Origin: a virus
Taxonomy: Duplodnaviria > Caudoviricetes
Length of the DNA stretch: 24,688 nt
Direction: 5' to 3' (one strand)
Virus record (IMG/VR): IMGVR_UViG_3300020281_000123
Coordinates: 1 to 24,688 of that record
Shown here: positions 8,498 to 17,901 of the stretch, piece after piece
Position numbering within the stretch: the first letter of the stretch is position 1
Layout: each line of letters starts with the position of its first letter
Position numbers and translations under genes: made by a program
Notes under the pieces: model-generated
What the model was told of the DNA's origin: nothing
Databases searched by the model: none
What the model saw: the letters and a program-made list of their open reading frames with translations, nothing else

Positions 8498-8757
8498 TAA
8501 TATCTATTTCTGCCTATTTCTTTACCAGTTTCTTTATCGATACATCTATGACCAGCAAGTCTATATCTTTTGCCATCTTCGCCCAACCAGTAATCACCTC
8601 CTGCCCATAAACCTTTTTCGGGATCTATATCTGCAATATACTCTACACCATTTTGTTCGTAAATGGCACTTGCATTTAGATGACAATTCTTAATAGATTC
8701 ATCATAAGGAAACTCTAACATACCTAAACCGTATATTAAGATTTCTACAACTTTCAT
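8494..8757 (-). CDS. Hypothetical protein
   Basis: 87 aa, last gene of a leftward operon. Confidence 0.65.
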   Translation of the reverse strand: MKVVEILIYGLGMLEFPYDESIKNCHLNASAIYEQNGVEYIADIDPEKGLWAGGDYWLGEDGKRYRLAGHRCIDKETGKEIGRNRYY

Positions 8758-8758
8758 A

Positions 8759-9052
8759 TTAATGGAGTGTTCGTGTCTTCATTATGATCTGCTCTTTGAT
8801 ATGTTTTAGGTGAGCCATTTCCTCATTGATTCTTCTTTGGAAATATTCTATGCAGATTTGATTCTTCCAACGTTGTCTCTGGTCTTTTGATTTCTTAGAC
8901 TTTTCTAAAAACTCATTTTGTTTTTTAAGGAATTCAACTTCTTCCTTGTAGAGGTCCACAAGGTTAATTTCCTCCATAGGAAAATCATCATCGTATGGTT
9001 GGTGCATAGTCTTAATATTTATCTTCATGTTAAGCAACAGTCTTGTTTTCAA
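8759..9052 (-). CDS. Hypothetical coiled-coil protein (start uncertain)
   Basis: Fills the gap between flanking minus-strand genes. Confidence 0.6.
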   Translation of the reverse strand: MKTRLLLNMKINIKTMHQPYDDDFPMEEINLVDLYKEEVEFLKKQNEFLEKSKKSKDQRQRWKNQICIEYFQRRINEEMAHLKHIKEQIIMKTRTLH

Positions 9053-9683
9053 TGCCTAATTGAACCACATTGTCGTAACCAAACTTACCAAAAGCAAATA
9101 GGTTGAAAGCAACCACATATCTTTCAATGTCGCTTTCGTTAGGATACACAGAATGATATAGTGTGCTAGGAAATAATATAAGCATATTATTCTTAGGTTT
9201 AATTGCCCAGCCATCTGTGTTAAACACATTTAATTTTTCATTATTGAATGGCACGTCAATGGTTGGTGTGAATAGATTGAAGTTTGATTTGTCTTTGTGG
9301 AATAGGATTGCTCCACTATCGTCATCTGTTTGCAAATACAATACGCCACTGATCATAGCATTGGCGTGATTGTGTGCACCACTCTCGTCACCTTTAATAT
9401 GTTTTGTGGACCAACTATTAGTCATTTCGAATTTACAATCTTTACGCACATCTAACACATCATGAATGAAATGTTCACAATGTTTCATCACAAGTCCTTT
9501 CAAATTTTTTAGTTCAGGCTTGTCCAATAAAAACTTATCTGTAGATCCATAACCGTTGTCGGCAGGGAAACGTTTGTATTCTGTTTTCTTAATATAGTCT
9601 ATGCTGTCTTGGTCAATCGTTTGTAGTGTCGATTGATACAAAGGGATACCAAACAAAGGTGTTACATTAAATTGATCTGTCAT
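9030..9683 (-). CDS. Putative 2OG-Fe(II) oxygenase (TIGR02466-like)
   Basis: NSW...AHNHANAMISGVLYL...LILFPSTLYHSV...RYVVAFN motifs; GAGGA RBS. Confidence 0.85.
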   Translation of the reverse strand: MTDQFNVTPLFGIPLYQSTLQTIDQDSIDYIKKTEYKRFPADNGYGSTDKFLLDKPELKNLKGLVMKHCEHFIHDVLDVRKDCKFEMTNSWSTKHIKGDESGAHNHANAMISGVLYLQTDDDSGAILFHKDKSNFNLFTPTIDVPFNNEKLNVFNTDGWAIKPKNNMLILFPSTLYHSVYPNESDIERYVVAFNLFAFGKFGYDNVVQLGIENKTVA

Positions 9684-9834
9684 GTTCCTCTATCCATTCC
9701 TTTATATTGTCTTCTGTAAAATATATTCCTGCGGGCCAAAGCATAGGCTTTTCTTTTCTTACTTGCTCATCTGTCTGATAGTCATTCATTTTCTTAAAGA
9801 TATAACTTGCTAAACTTTTCACATAATTGTTCAT
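9667..9834 (-). CDS. Small hypothetical protein (55 aa)
   Basis: Hand translation MNNYVKSLASYIFKKMNDY...EHDRSI*; ATGA overlap with the upstream gene; below the track length cutoff. Confidence 0.6.
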   Translation of the reverse strand: MNNYVKSLASYIFKKMNDYQTDEQVRKEKPMLWPAGIYFTEDNIKEWIEEHDRSI

Positions 9835-10253
9835 AGGTTCATTAAACTCCTCATACTAGGTTCAATCATTTCCCTGCCCCATTGTGGTTGCATGGTTATT
9901 TTAACCTGACAATTAGTGATACCTTCTATGGCTGTGACCTGTCCTATGATGTCCAAAGGTATCTGATCAGCGGCAGGACAAAATGCAGAAGTCAATGTCA
10001 TCAACACATGGACCACCTTGTCTTCGGTGACCTTGACATCGTATATCAAACCGAGATTGTAAATGTCTATTGTAATTTCTGGATCGTGAACTTTTTGTAA
10101 TGCTTCTTTTATCTGTGTGATGTATTGTGCTTTTGTAGGCTCATGGTTAGTGACACTATCCAATGTTGCATGGACACTTGGGTCTACACTCTGTTTAGGC
10201 TTTGGTGGCCAATCAGGAGCATACTTGACTTCTTCTTTATAATCATCACTCAT
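9831..10253 (-). CDS. DUF59/MIP18 (SufT/PaaD-like) Fe-S cluster assembly protein
   Basis: ALQKVHDPEITIDIYNLGLIY...MTLTSAFCPAA...PQW matches the DPE-x-T-CP signature. Confidence 0.9.
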   Translation of the reverse strand: MSDDYKEEVKYAPDWPPKPKQSVDPSVHATLDSVTNHEPTKAQYITQIKEALQKVHDPEITIDIYNLGLIYDVKVTEDKVVHVLMTLTSAFCPAADQIPLDIIGQVTAIEGITNCQVKITMQPQWGREMIEPSMRSLMNL

Positions 10254-10258
10254 ACCAT

Positions 10259-10287
10259 ATTATAGTATGAATACCAAAAAAAGTCAA
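10259..10287 (-). promoter_or_regulatory. Sigma70-type promoter, probably giving a leaderless mRNA
   Basis: TTGACT-17 nt-TATAAT-5 nt-ATG (10253). Confidence 0.7.
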
Positions 10288-10701
10288 TTATTTTAACCAG
10301 CCGATTTTCTTACCGTTTTTGATTCTTCTATCGTGTTCTTCTAATGTGCTAGGAAATCTCCATGCCCAGATGGCAACCAATGCCATGAATACACCTGACC
10401 ATAATACTGCCTTGATGTTACCAGTGAAGTACCATGTGAATGCTAATGTAGTGGACATAACAAATACCATTGCGTATTTGCCTTTTTGTGGGAACACTCT
10501 TTTCTGTGTCCAGTTTGTAAGGAACTTACCGAACCATGGGTGGTTGTATAACCAACGTTCCATCTTCTTGTTTGACTTTGCAAAACAATAAGCGGAGAAC
10601 ACAAGGAAGATACTAAACGGAATTCCTGGTGTAATGAAGCCTATGTATGCTATGGCTAAACTGATGAAACCTAAAGCCATAAAAATATATTTCTTAATCA
10701 T
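10288..10701 (-). CDS. ybaN: YbaN/DUF454 family inner membrane protein
   Basis: LG..SL.I..IG..PG.P...F...SAYCFAKS....WL..HPWFG pattern with several TM helices. Confidence 0.8.
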   Translation of the reverse strand: MIKKYIFMALGFISLAIAYIGFITPGIPFSIFLVFSAYCFAKSNKKMERWLYNHPWFGKFLTNWTQKRVFPQKGKYAMVFVMSTTLAFTWYFTGNIKAVLWSGVFMALVAIWAWRFPSTLEEHDRRIKNGKKIGWLK

Positions 10702-11884
10702 GATATACCTCTTTTAATTTGTCTGCTAGATCACTTATCATTGCGTCTGTGTGCAATGGTGTTGGAGCAAATCTTAATCTCTCAGTGCCTTTTGCCACTG
10801 TAGGATAGTTTATTGGTTGAACATAAATGTCGTGATCAAATAATAAAGTGTCACTTATCTTTTTACACTTCACTGGATCTCTGACCATGACCGGAACTAA
10901 ATGTGTGTCATTAGGATACACTTCAATATTGTAATCTGTTAATAGTGATTTAAGTTCCATTGCTTTTTCCTGATGCTGACTTCTTAATTCTCTACCGCCT
11001 TCATCTTTTAGATACTTAACACTTGCTAATGCTCCTGCACAGATAACTGGCGGAATGCTTGTTGTGAATATAAAGCCGGGCGATACACTTCTAATGGCAT
11101 CTACAATTTCTTTGTCTCCTGCTATGTAACCACCATGCAAACCAAACGCCTTACTGAAACTACCACTTACAATATCAACTCTGTCTTGCAATCCTATTTT
11201 CTCTAACCAACCTGCACCCGTGTCTCCATAAAGTCCTACTGCGTGTACTTCGTCAATGTATGTGATTGCTTTGTATTTGTCTGCTAAATCTAATATCTCT
11301 TTAATTAATGCAACGTCACCCTCCATGCTGTACACTGATTCAAATATTAAACAAGGTGTGCCTTTCACTGCTTTCAGTTTTTCTTCTAGGTCTTCTAGAT
11401 TGTTATGTTTAAAAATATGTCTTGGTGCTTTACTTTTTAATATACCTTGGATCAATGATGCGTGATTGTTGTCGTCACTAACAAATTCTATATCATCTAT
11501 AATTTTAGTCATAGATATAAGTGTCCATTCATTTGCCACAAAGGCTGAAGTATGGATCAATGCAGATTCTTTCCTGTGTAATTTTGCGACTTCTAATTCT
11601 AATGCTACGTGATAGTGTGTGGTTCCAGATATGTTTCGTGTTCCACCACTGCCTGCTCCAGTTGTGTCTAGTGCTGTCTTCATTGCGTCAATGACAATTT
11701 TATGTTGACCCATTCCAAGATAATCATTGCTACACCAATTGATTACATTTTTTATTCCGTACTTGCTGTACCATATAGTTCTAGGAAAGTTTCCTGCTTC
11801 ACGCAACACATCATTGAACACACGATAGTTTCCTGATTCCTTCAAGGCATCAGTTACTTTTATAAAAGGGTCTTTTGAGATCAT
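10694..11884 (-). CDS. hemA: 5-aminolevulinate synthase (PLP-dependent, Shemin/C4 pathway)
   Basis: [59 protein letters not shown] (PLP Lys), [17 protein letters not shown]. Confidence 0.95.
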   Translation of the reverse strand: MISKDPFIKVTDALKESGNYRVFNDVLREAGNFPRTIWYSKYGIKNVINWCSNDYLGMGQHKIVIDAMKTALDTTGAGSGGTRNISGTTHYHVALELEVAKLHRKESALIHTSAFVANEWTLISMTKIIDDIEFVSDDNNHASLIQGILKSKAPRHIFKHNNLEDLEEKLKAVKGTPCLIFESVYSMEGDVALIKEILDLADKYKAITYIDEVHAVGLYGDTGAGWLEKIGLQDRVDIVSGSFSKAFGLHGGYIAGDKEIVDAIRSVSPGFIFTTSIPPVICAGALASVKYLKDEGGRELRSQHQEKAMELKSLLTDYNIEVYPNDTHLVPVMVRDPVKCKKISDTLLFDHDIYVQPINYPTVAKGTERLRFAPTPLHTDAMISDLADKLKEVYHD

Positions 11885-11915
11885 ATATTGTATTTATTAT
11901 AATATGCGTACTTTA

Positions 11916-12455
11916 TTAGATGTATTTGTCTATGATTTGTTTACTGCAAATCTCTATTGCTTTCTCATAGATTTGTGTCGTTGGAGTTTCAAGACTTAAC
12001 TCCGGGGTAGGTATTGCTGTCATCCAACACTTGCTATTGATCTCACCTTCAAGTTGCCCTGGAGACCATATGCTTAATCCACTGAACACTCTCCAAGCCT
12101 GTGGTTGGTCCTGTTCGTGCATCTTCTTTAACATCTGTGGATCACTTGTTATACTGATGCCGTTTGCGAGTGGCAGTGTGTTTTTACATTTCCATTCGTT
12201 TGTGTGCATCATTATGATGTTTCCTTGATTCACAGGTCCACCTGAGTAAACCAGATCGCTTATGTTGATTGTTTTAAATCCTTTGACTTGAAATATCTTT
12301 TGTAACTTTGTTCTTGTTGGTTTGTTAATTACCAAACCAGCCACGTGCTGTGGAGACTCTTCATAAAGGTACACTACACTTCTGTCAAATGTTGAATCAC
12401 TCCTCATCTTTGGAGTGCTGACTAGAATTTTATTTGTCCAAACTGGTTCTATCAT
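11916..12455 (-). CDS. YqgE/AlgH (DUF179) family protein
   Basis: FDRSVVYL...GLVINKP...YSGGPV...FSGLSIWSPGQLEGEI...W. Confidence 0.85.
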   Translation of the reverse strand: MIEPVWTNKILVSTPKMRSDSTFDRSVVYLYEESPQHVAGLVINKPTRTKLQKIFQVKGFKTINISDLVYSGGPVNQGNIIMMHTNEWKCKNTLPLANGISITSDPQMLKKMHEQDQPQAWRVFSGLSIWSPGQLEGEINSKCWMTAIPTPELSLETPTTQIYEKAIEICSKQIIDKYI

Positions 12456-12688
12456 TATTTGTATAAAGGTAAAGGACCACCGTAGGGTTTTCCTTTAATC
12501 TTTTTCCCTGCTACGTAAACTCTTTTCTTGCCTATCTTGTATGACTTATCTCCAGAACGTTTTCTGAAACCCTGTGATTTGCATGATGCCAATTGACTGG
12601 CTCCTAATGCATGGTCAGGTTTTTTACTCTTGCACAGTTTCTTACTGGCTGGTCCTGCCTCTTGTGATATGAATTCAGTTACTCTCAT
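12455..12688 (-). CDS. Small basic protein with N-terminal MRVTEFISQE motif
   Basis: 77 aa, Lys-rich; TAAATA at 12694-12699. Confidence 0.7.
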   Translation of the reverse strand: MRVTEFISQEAGPASKKLCKSKKPDHALGASQLASCKSQGFRKRSGDKSYKIGKKRVYVAGKKIKGKPYGGPLPLYK

Positions 12689-12696
12689 ACAAATAT

Positions 12697-12918
12697 TTAC
12701 CTATATTGATCCGCTGGATCGGTTGATACTGTCACCGGACATAGTTTAAATGTGAGCACTTTACGGGTGCCTCTCGTGGTGTTTATCACAATGTCCCCCG
12801 ATTTATCAAAGTGTTCTATCTTTGTGATACGTGCTTTTTCTTCTTTTTTGCCAACTAATATTTCTTGACCAAGTTGTAGATTGATCTGAATGGATTTAAG
12901 GTTCATAACTTCCTCCAT
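12697..12918 (-). CDS. Small beta-rich hypothetical protein
   Basis: 73 aa; TATAAATA at 12942-12949. Confidence 0.65.
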   Translation of the reverse strand: MEEVMNLKSIQINLQLGQEILVGKKEEKARITKIEHFDKSGDIVINTTRGTRKVLTFKLCPVTVSTDPADQYR

Positions 12919-12944
12919 TAGATTATTATGAAATGTACTTGTAT

Positions 12945-13322
12945 TTATATGGTAAGTTCTGTGAAGCCTTTTTCCCTGTCCAAGTATTTGTGTTCTACCT
13001 TTGTAGGGTTAAGTTCTTTCAATATGTCTAGCACTCTTTCTGGTGCGAATGGTCCGCAAGTGTAAACGTCAAGTTGTACTAGGGCAGGCTTTACTTCGTC
13101 CCAAATGTGCATGGCAATATGACTTGTTTCGATGATTGCAAATGCTGTGATACCTCTGTTGCCAGCCATCTTGCAATATGAAGCAGTTGGCCCATACATG
13201 GATTTCATCCCTATTGCTTTTATTATCCTATTAAGAAACTTGATAGCCTTGTTCCTTTTGGTGATCGGCTCGGAAACTTCTGCTCTAATAATAATGTGTT
13301 TATGTTCTAGTACTTTTGTCAT
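12945..13322 (-). CDS. speD: S-adenosylmethionine decarboxylase proenzyme (short pyruvoyl type)
   Basis: HIII...GITAFAIIETSHIAMHIW...QLDVYTCG...R. Real start is MTKVLEH at 13322; the track's N-terminal extension overlaps a divergent gene. Confidence 0.85.
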   Translation of the reverse strand: MTKVLEHKHIIIRAEVSEPITKRNKAIKFLNRIIKAIGMKSMYGPTASYCKMAGNRGITAFAIIETSHIAMHIWDEVKPALVQLDVYTCGPFAPERVLDILKELNPTKVEHKYLDREKGFTELTI

Positions 13323-13367
13323 CCATCTATTTACAAAAAACCCAGCAAAACCAACACTTTTGCGGCA

Positions 13368-13396
13368 TTGACATTTTGGCTTGTAGATGCTACTAT
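13368..13396 (+). promoter_or_regulatory. Sigma70-type promoter, probably giving a leaderless mRNA
   Basis: TTGACA-17 nt-TACTAT-5 nt-ATG (13402). Confidence 0.65.
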
Positions 13397-13401
13397 AAGG
13401 T

Positions 13402-13629
13402 ATGAAGAAAATTTTGTCAACAATTATTTTATTTGTGACACTGACAGGCTGTTCTGCCACAATGAATGAATGGCAAGTAGGAGCCAAACATCCAGGATAC
13501 AAAGCAAAAGATGTGTGTTGGATTTGTGGTGAACAGATCAAGTTCTTTCCAAATGAAGAATATGGCATGAGTAAAGCCATTGAAGAATGTGATTATTGGA
13601 ACAATCAGGATTGCAAATTAGGATACTAG
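13402..13629 (+). CDS. Small lipoprotein
   Basis: MKK, hydrophobic stretch, lipobox LTGC; four further Cys. Confidence 0.75.
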   Translation: MKKILSTIILFVTLTGCSATMNEWQVGAKHPGYKAKDVCWICGEQIKFFPNEEYGMSKAIEECDYWNNQDCKLGY

Positions 13630-13638
13630 GGAGGAAAA

Positions 13639-13833
13639 ATGCATACTGAAGATAATAAAAAAGTAAGAATAGCGGAGTTAGAGAGACAGAAGATATCTCT
13701 TGAAGACCAATTACAATTCACAACAGATGTAAAAAGAATTATAGAAATAGAAGAGGAACTTTTCGAAGTAAAAGACACTATTAAAAAATTAACTGAACCT
13801 TGGGGAGTCACTGATGTACAATCAACTCACTAA
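13639..13833 (+). CDS. Small coiled-coil protein
   Basis: GGAGG RBS; 64 aa. Confidence 0.7.
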   Translation: MHTEDNKKVRIAELERQKISLEDQLQFTTDVKRIIEIEEELFEVKDTIKKLTEPWGVTDVQSTH

Positions 13834-13969
13834 AATGTTTGAACCTAGTAAAGATAGACTAATAAACAATGCAAGAACAATGATGCTGACAGCACAAGAC
13901 CCTTGGTTCAAAAAGTATTGGGAGAAAGTGTATAAGCATTTATTAAAAGTATATGGGAGGTTGAACTAA
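13814..13969 (+). CDS. Small hypothetical protein (51 aa)
   Basis: Hand translation MYNQLTKMFEPSKDRLINNAR...WFKKYWEKVYKHLLKVYGRLN*; GGAG RBS; TAATG coupling to the next gene. Confidence 0.65.
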   Translation: MYNQLTKMFEPSKDRLINNARTMMLTAQDPWFKKYWEKVYKHLLKVYGRLN

Positions 13970-14187
13970 TGTCAGAAGATGTATTAGGGTATTCATCACA
14001 CGATTGGAGAAAGAATACAGATGACGCTATCGTGATAGATTCAAAAAATATGAATTATGCGAAAGTGAATGATTGTAAAGTAAGTTTTAAAAATCCTAGA
14101 ACTTTACAAAAAGAAGAAGTTGATTTGTCTAGATTGATTAGAGTGTTTGTAAACAATTTTGAAAGTCATAAAAGGAGTGTAAAATAA
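13969..14187 (+). CDS. Hypothetical protein
   Basis: GGAGG RBS; coupled on both sides. Confidence 0.7.
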   Translation: MSEDVLGYSSHDWRKNTDDAIVIDSKNMNYAKVNDCKVSFKNPRTLQKEEVDLSRLIRVFVNNFESHKRSVK

Positions 14188-14447
14188 TGTCAGATGACAT
14201 TAAGAAGAAATTAGGAGTAGACGACACACATCAAAAGATGTATGACGAACTGTTCGCAGAGATGGTTAACCAAACAGTGGATCAAGATCCTCAAATGGTT
14301 GCTAGTGTGTTGGTTGCATTGGGATTGAGATTATATAGGAGTTGTTTACCACAAGAAGAATTTGCTAAATTGGTTCAGGTGTTTGCTGATAATTCCAAAG
14401 ACATCAGACCATTCCAAGAAGAATTACAAAAAAAGATATTACATTAA
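14187..14447 (+). CDS. Hypothetical protein
   Basis: AGGAG RBS; TAATG coupling. Confidence 0.7.
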   Translation: MSDDIKKKLGVDDTHQKMYDELFAEMVNQTVDQDPQMVASVLVALGLRLYRSCLPQEEFAKLVQVFADNSKDIRPFQEELQKKILH

Positions 14448-14641
14448 TGACTAGAAAAGTAACAAAAAAGAAACTGATTAAGATATTGAAAGGCGACAAA
14501 AAGAAAGAACAAATGGAAGACAGATATCAATCGTTGGCAGAATGTATAAGAAGTGATCAGGTGCCTGCAAGTGATGTTGCCAAATTCTTTAGTGACAAAA
14601 AGTTTTATGGTTGGTATAAAAGAAAGTATTTGAGGTATTAA
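14447..14641 (+). CDS. Small basic hypothetical protein
   Basis: TAATG coupling on both sides. Confidence 0.7.
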   Translation: MTRKVTKKKLIKILKGDKKKEQMEDRYQSLAECIRSDQVPASDVAKFFSDKKFYGWYKRKYLRY

Positions 14642-14817
14642 TGAAAGCATATGGATTTACAATGAAGAGAGACAATGTCACAATAGAGACATTTGTTTAT
14701 AGTGAACACGGAAAAGATATTGAAAATAGATTTCCAGAATGGAAAGTGACAGACATCAAAGAGATACCTGATCCAATGTCACAAAACAACGCAGGCGAAA
14801 AGAAGGAAAAGAATTGA
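14641..14817 (+). CDS. Small hypothetical protein (58 aa)
   Basis: Hand translation MKAYGFTMKRDNVTIETFVYSEHG...KEKN*; GAGG RBS. Confidence 0.65.
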   Translation: MKAYGFTMKRDNVTIETFVYSEHGKDIENRFPEWKVTDIKEIPDPMSQNNAGEKKEKN

Positions 14818-14842
14818 CAATGACGTTCAACGATGTTAATAT
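14814..14842 (+). promoter_or_regulatory. Sigma70-type promoter
   Basis: TTGACA-17 nt-TAATAT. Confidence 0.55.
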
Positions 14843-14866
14843 AACGAAAGGCAACAGGAAGGCAAT

Positions 14867-15001
14867 ATGATAAAAGGCATGATAATCGGTGCTATTATAA
14901 TGTACATTTACCTTGTACAGCCAGAATGGGCAGATCAAATTATTATTTCTGCTAAATCATTAGGGCAGTCAATAATAGACGCTATCCAGAACAGTCTATA
15001 A
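14867..15001 (+). CDS. Small membrane protein (44 aa)
   Basis: Hand translation MIKGMIIGAIIMYIYLVQPEWADQIIISAKSLGQSIIDAIQNSL*; AGGAAGG upstream. Confidence 0.6.
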   Translation: MIKGMIIGAIIMYIYLVQPEWADQIIISAKSLGQSIIDAIQNSL

Positions 15002-15032
15002 TACTTTTATATTCTTTCTGGGAAAGGAAAGA

Positions 15033-15272
15033 ATGAGAAGTTATAAATTTCATAAAGAAGACGAAAGAACATCGGACGATAAAATCGCGGAGAACGAACG
15101 TCTGATGAAAGAGTTCCTCAAGAAAGGTGGCAAGATCCAAAAGATCCCTTACGGAGTCACCAGTCAAGATTTAGGTTCTGGCAATGCCAACAATCTTTAT
15201 CTCCCACCAAAAACTATGTCACCAAAGCAGTGGCGCCGACAAGAGACACTCAAAAAGAAGAAAAAGAAATAA
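15033..15272 (+). CDS. Small basic hypothetical protein
   Basis: EFLKKGGKIQKIP segment; AAGGA RBS. Confidence 0.7.
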   Translation: MRSYKFHKEDERTSDDKIAENERLMKEFLKKGGKIQKIPYGVTSQDLGSGNANNLYLPPKTMSPKQWRRQETLKKKKKK

Positions 15273-15292
15273 ATCGGTAAATACTTTTATAC

Positions 15293-15661
15293 ATGAAAAA
15301 GTTAATCCTAACTACACTAATCGCTCTAATTCTATCTATCATACCAACATCGGCGGACCATAGACCTGCTTTACCACAATTAGAAGAAGGTTTCAATTGG
15401 AATGAAGTTCCAGTTATCTGTGGCTCACACGAAGCAATCATGCAGAAGATGGAAAGATTGAATATGAATTTGCTCCACGCATCTTTTGGCAAGAAGGGTG
15501 CAAATCCAGATGGCGATGTTGTGTTCATGGTATTATATTACGCAAACCAACAAGGTACAACCACGGCGGCAGTATTGACCATGCCAAATGATCCTACTGC
15601 CTGTCTATTATTTGTAACATTCGATGTCACACTCGCACCAGAAAAAAAACAAAACTTTTAG
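15293..15661 (+). CDS. Secreted hypothetical protein
   Basis: Sec-type signal peptide and two Cys; TAAATA at 15278-15283. Confidence 0.7.
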   Translation: MKKLILTTLIALILSIIPTSADHRPALPQLEEGFNWNEVPVICGSHEAIMQKMERLNMNLLHASFGKKGANPDGDVVFMVLYYANQQGTTTAAVLTMPNDPTACLLFVTFDVTLAPEKKQNF

Positions 15662-15857
15662 CAGTGCATCCACTGGCTCCAATTACGCAGTCAATCTGTA
15701 TGAGTTCATAGTACACGATGGACAATACAATGTATATGCCATGGACTACAAGGACGCATGGGCAACACTATTCGAAAATGAACCAAAAATAAAACCAAAA
15801 GACATTATGTTCATGACCGAAACCAAGTGTGCTACCAAAAACGAAACACTACATTAA
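15624..15857 (+). CDS. Hypothetical protein (start uncertain)
   Basis: Fills the gap before the dnaK promoter. Confidence 0.5.
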   Translation: MSHSHQKKNKTFSSASTGSNYAVNLYEFIVHDGQYNVYAMDYKDAWATLFENEPKIKPKDIMFMTETKCATKNETLH

Positions 15858-15872
15858 TTTCTCCAAAATACT

Positions 15873-15903
15873 CTTGACATTTCAATATTAGTGCTTATAT
15901 AAT
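15873..15903 (+). promoter_or_regulatory. dnaK promoter with overlapping RpoH-like and sigma70-like elements
   Basis: CTTG-17 nt-CTTATAT (15873-15900) and TTGACA-18 nt-TATAAT (15874-15903). Confidence 0.6.
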
Positions 15904-15948
15904 GTACTGAGCATATTTTTAACTTGCTTAATTAGGAGGAAAATAGAA

Positions 15949-17865
15949 ATGGCAAAGATAATAGGAATAGACTTAGGTACTACCAATAGTTGTGTTGCTC
16001 TCATGGAAGGTAAAAGTTCCAAGGTAATCGAGAACACAGAAGGAGCGAGGACCACACCAAGTGTGGTTGCTTATAGCGACTCCGAGATACTTGTTGGTGC
16101 ACCAGCAAAAAGACAAGCCGTCAGCAATAGTAAGAACACAATCTTCGCGGCGAAGCGATTGATTGGTAGAACTTTTGACGGTGATTCAGTACAAAAAGAT
16201 ATTAAGACTTTACCTTACGAGATAGTAAAGGCGGACAATGGAGATGCTTGGATCAAAGCAAATGACAAGAAATTTTCTCCATCAGAGATATCCGCGAACG
16301 TCTTACGTAAGATGAAAGAGACAGCAGAAAAATATCTGGGTCAAGAAGTAACGAAAGCAGTAATCACTGTTCCGGCATACTTTAATGATAGCCAAAGAAA
16401 GGCTACAAAGGACGCAGGTAAGATTGCAGGTCTAGAAGTTGAAAGGATCATTAACGAACCAACAGCGGCGGCATTGGCGTATGGACTTGACAAGAAGAAG
16501 TCAGGTACGGTTGCAGTGTACGACTTAGGTGGTGGTACATTTGATATTTCAATATTAGAACTAGGCGATGGAGTGTTCGAGGTCAAATCAACCAACGGTG
16601 ACACATCTTTGGGTGGTGAAGATTTCGATTCGGCAATCACAAACTACATTATTAATGAGTTCAAAAAAGATAATGGCATTGACCTAACAAGCGACAAGTT
16701 GGCTGTGCAACGTGTTAGAGAGGCGGCTGAAAAGGCTAAGATAGAACTTTCTAGTGCTAGTGAAACAGATGTGAACTTGCCGTTTATTACAGCAGACAAG
16801 TCAGGACCAAAACACATAGCAATGAAGATGACTAGAGCAAAACTAGAATCATTGGTAGGTGAACTGATTCAAAGAACACTTGCACCTTGTAAGCAGGCTA
16901 TCAAAGATGCAGACATAAAAGCAGGTGATATCAGTGACGTTGTATTGGTTGGTGGTATGACACGTATGCCAAAAGTAATAGAAACAGTCAAAACATTCTT
17001 TGGAAAAGAACCAAACAAAGGTGTAAACCCAGATGAAGTTGTGGCATTAGGTGCCGCGATACAGGGTGGTGTGCTACAAGGAGACGTTAAAGATGTCTTG
17101 TTGTTAGACGTTACACCATTATCACTTGGTATTGAAACACTAGGTGGGGTTGCTACCAAACTGATAGAGAAGAACACGACTATTCCAACGAAGAAGAGTC
17201 AGGTCTTTTCAACTGCCGAAGACAATCAGGCGGCGGTGACTATCAGAGTTGTACAGGGTGAAAGGGAAATGGCAAACGATAACAAGATGCTAGGTAACTT
17301 TAACCTTGAAGGTATTGCACCTGCTCCAAGAGGAGTGCCACAGATTGAAGTAACATTTGACATAGACGCAAATGGTATCGTAAGTGTAAGTGCTAAAGAC
17401 AAAGGCACTGGCAAAGAACAAAAAATTACGATCAAGGCTGATGGTGGCTTATCTGAGGACGAGATCAACAAGATGGTTAAAGAAGCAGAAGCCAATAAAG
17501 AAGCAGACAAGAAGAAAAGAGATTTGGTAGAAGCGAAGAACCAAGCAGAAACGTTGACTCATCAGATAGAAAAACAATTGAAAGAGCATGGAGAGAAGAT
17601 ATCCGCTGAAGAAAAGAAAGCGATTGAAGATGCCAAAACTGAAGTGACTGAATCAGTCAAGTCAGAAGACGCAGATAAAATCAAAGCGGCAGTGGCTAAA
17701 CTTACAGAAGCATCCATGAAACTTGGCGAGGCTGTGTACAAACAGGCACAGGCAGATCAACAGAAGCAAGAAGCACCTAGCGAAGGTCAAGACGCAAAGG
17801 ACGAAAAGGTTGTTGACGCCGAGTTTGAAGAAGTAGACAAAGACAAAGACGATAAGAAAGAATAA
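15949..17865 (+). CDS. dnaK: Chaperone DnaK (Hsp70)
   Basis: [58 protein letters not shown]-terminal VVDAEFEEV; AGGAGG RBS. Confidence 0.98.
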   Translation: MAKIIGIDLGTTNSCVALMEGKSSKVIENTEGARTTPSVVAYSDSEILVGAPAKRQAVSNSKNTIFAAKRLIGRTFDGDSVQKDIKTLPYEIVKADNGDAWIKANDKKFSPSEISANVLRKMKETAEKYLGQEVTKAVITVPAYFNDSQRKATKDAGKIAGLEVERIINEPTAAALAYGLDKKKSGTVAVYDLGGGTFDISILELGDGVFEVKSTNGDTSLGGEDFDSAITNYIINEFKKDNGIDLTSDKLAVQRVREAAEKAKIELSSASETDVNLPFITADKSGPKHIAMKMTRAKLESLVGELIQRTLAPCKQAIKDADIKAGDISDVVLVGGMTRMPKVIETVKTFFGKEPNKGVNPDEVVALGAAIQGGVLQGDVKDVLLLDVTPLSLGIETLGGVATKLIEKNTTIPTKKSQVFSTAEDNQAAVTIRVVQGEREMANDNKMLGNFNLEGIAPAPRGVPQIEVTFDIDANGIVSVSAKDKGTGKEQKITIKADGGLSEDEINKMVKEAEANKEADKKKRDLVEAKNQAETLTHQIEKQLKEHGEKISAEEKKAIEDAKTEVTESVKSEDADKIKAAVAKLTEASMKLGEAVYKQAQADQQKQEAPSEGQDAKDEKVVDAEFEEVDKDKDDKKE

Positions 17866-17866
17866 C

Positions 17867-17895
17867 TTGACAGAAGTTTCCTTTTGTTGTAATAT
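17867..17895 (+). promoter_or_regulatory. Sigma70-type promoter, probably giving a leaderless mRNA
   Basis: TTGACA-17 nt-TAATAT-6 nt-ATG (17902). Confidence 0.55.
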
Positions 17896-17901
17896 GTAAA
17901 A

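Noticed and set aside
13323-13580. N-terminal extension of speD in the ORF track
   Set aside because: It overlaps the divergent promoter and lipoprotein gene; the recognisable domain begins at 13322.
16341-17510. Three minus-strand ORFs inside dnaK
   Set aside because: Typical antisense shadows of a conserved Hsp70 gene.
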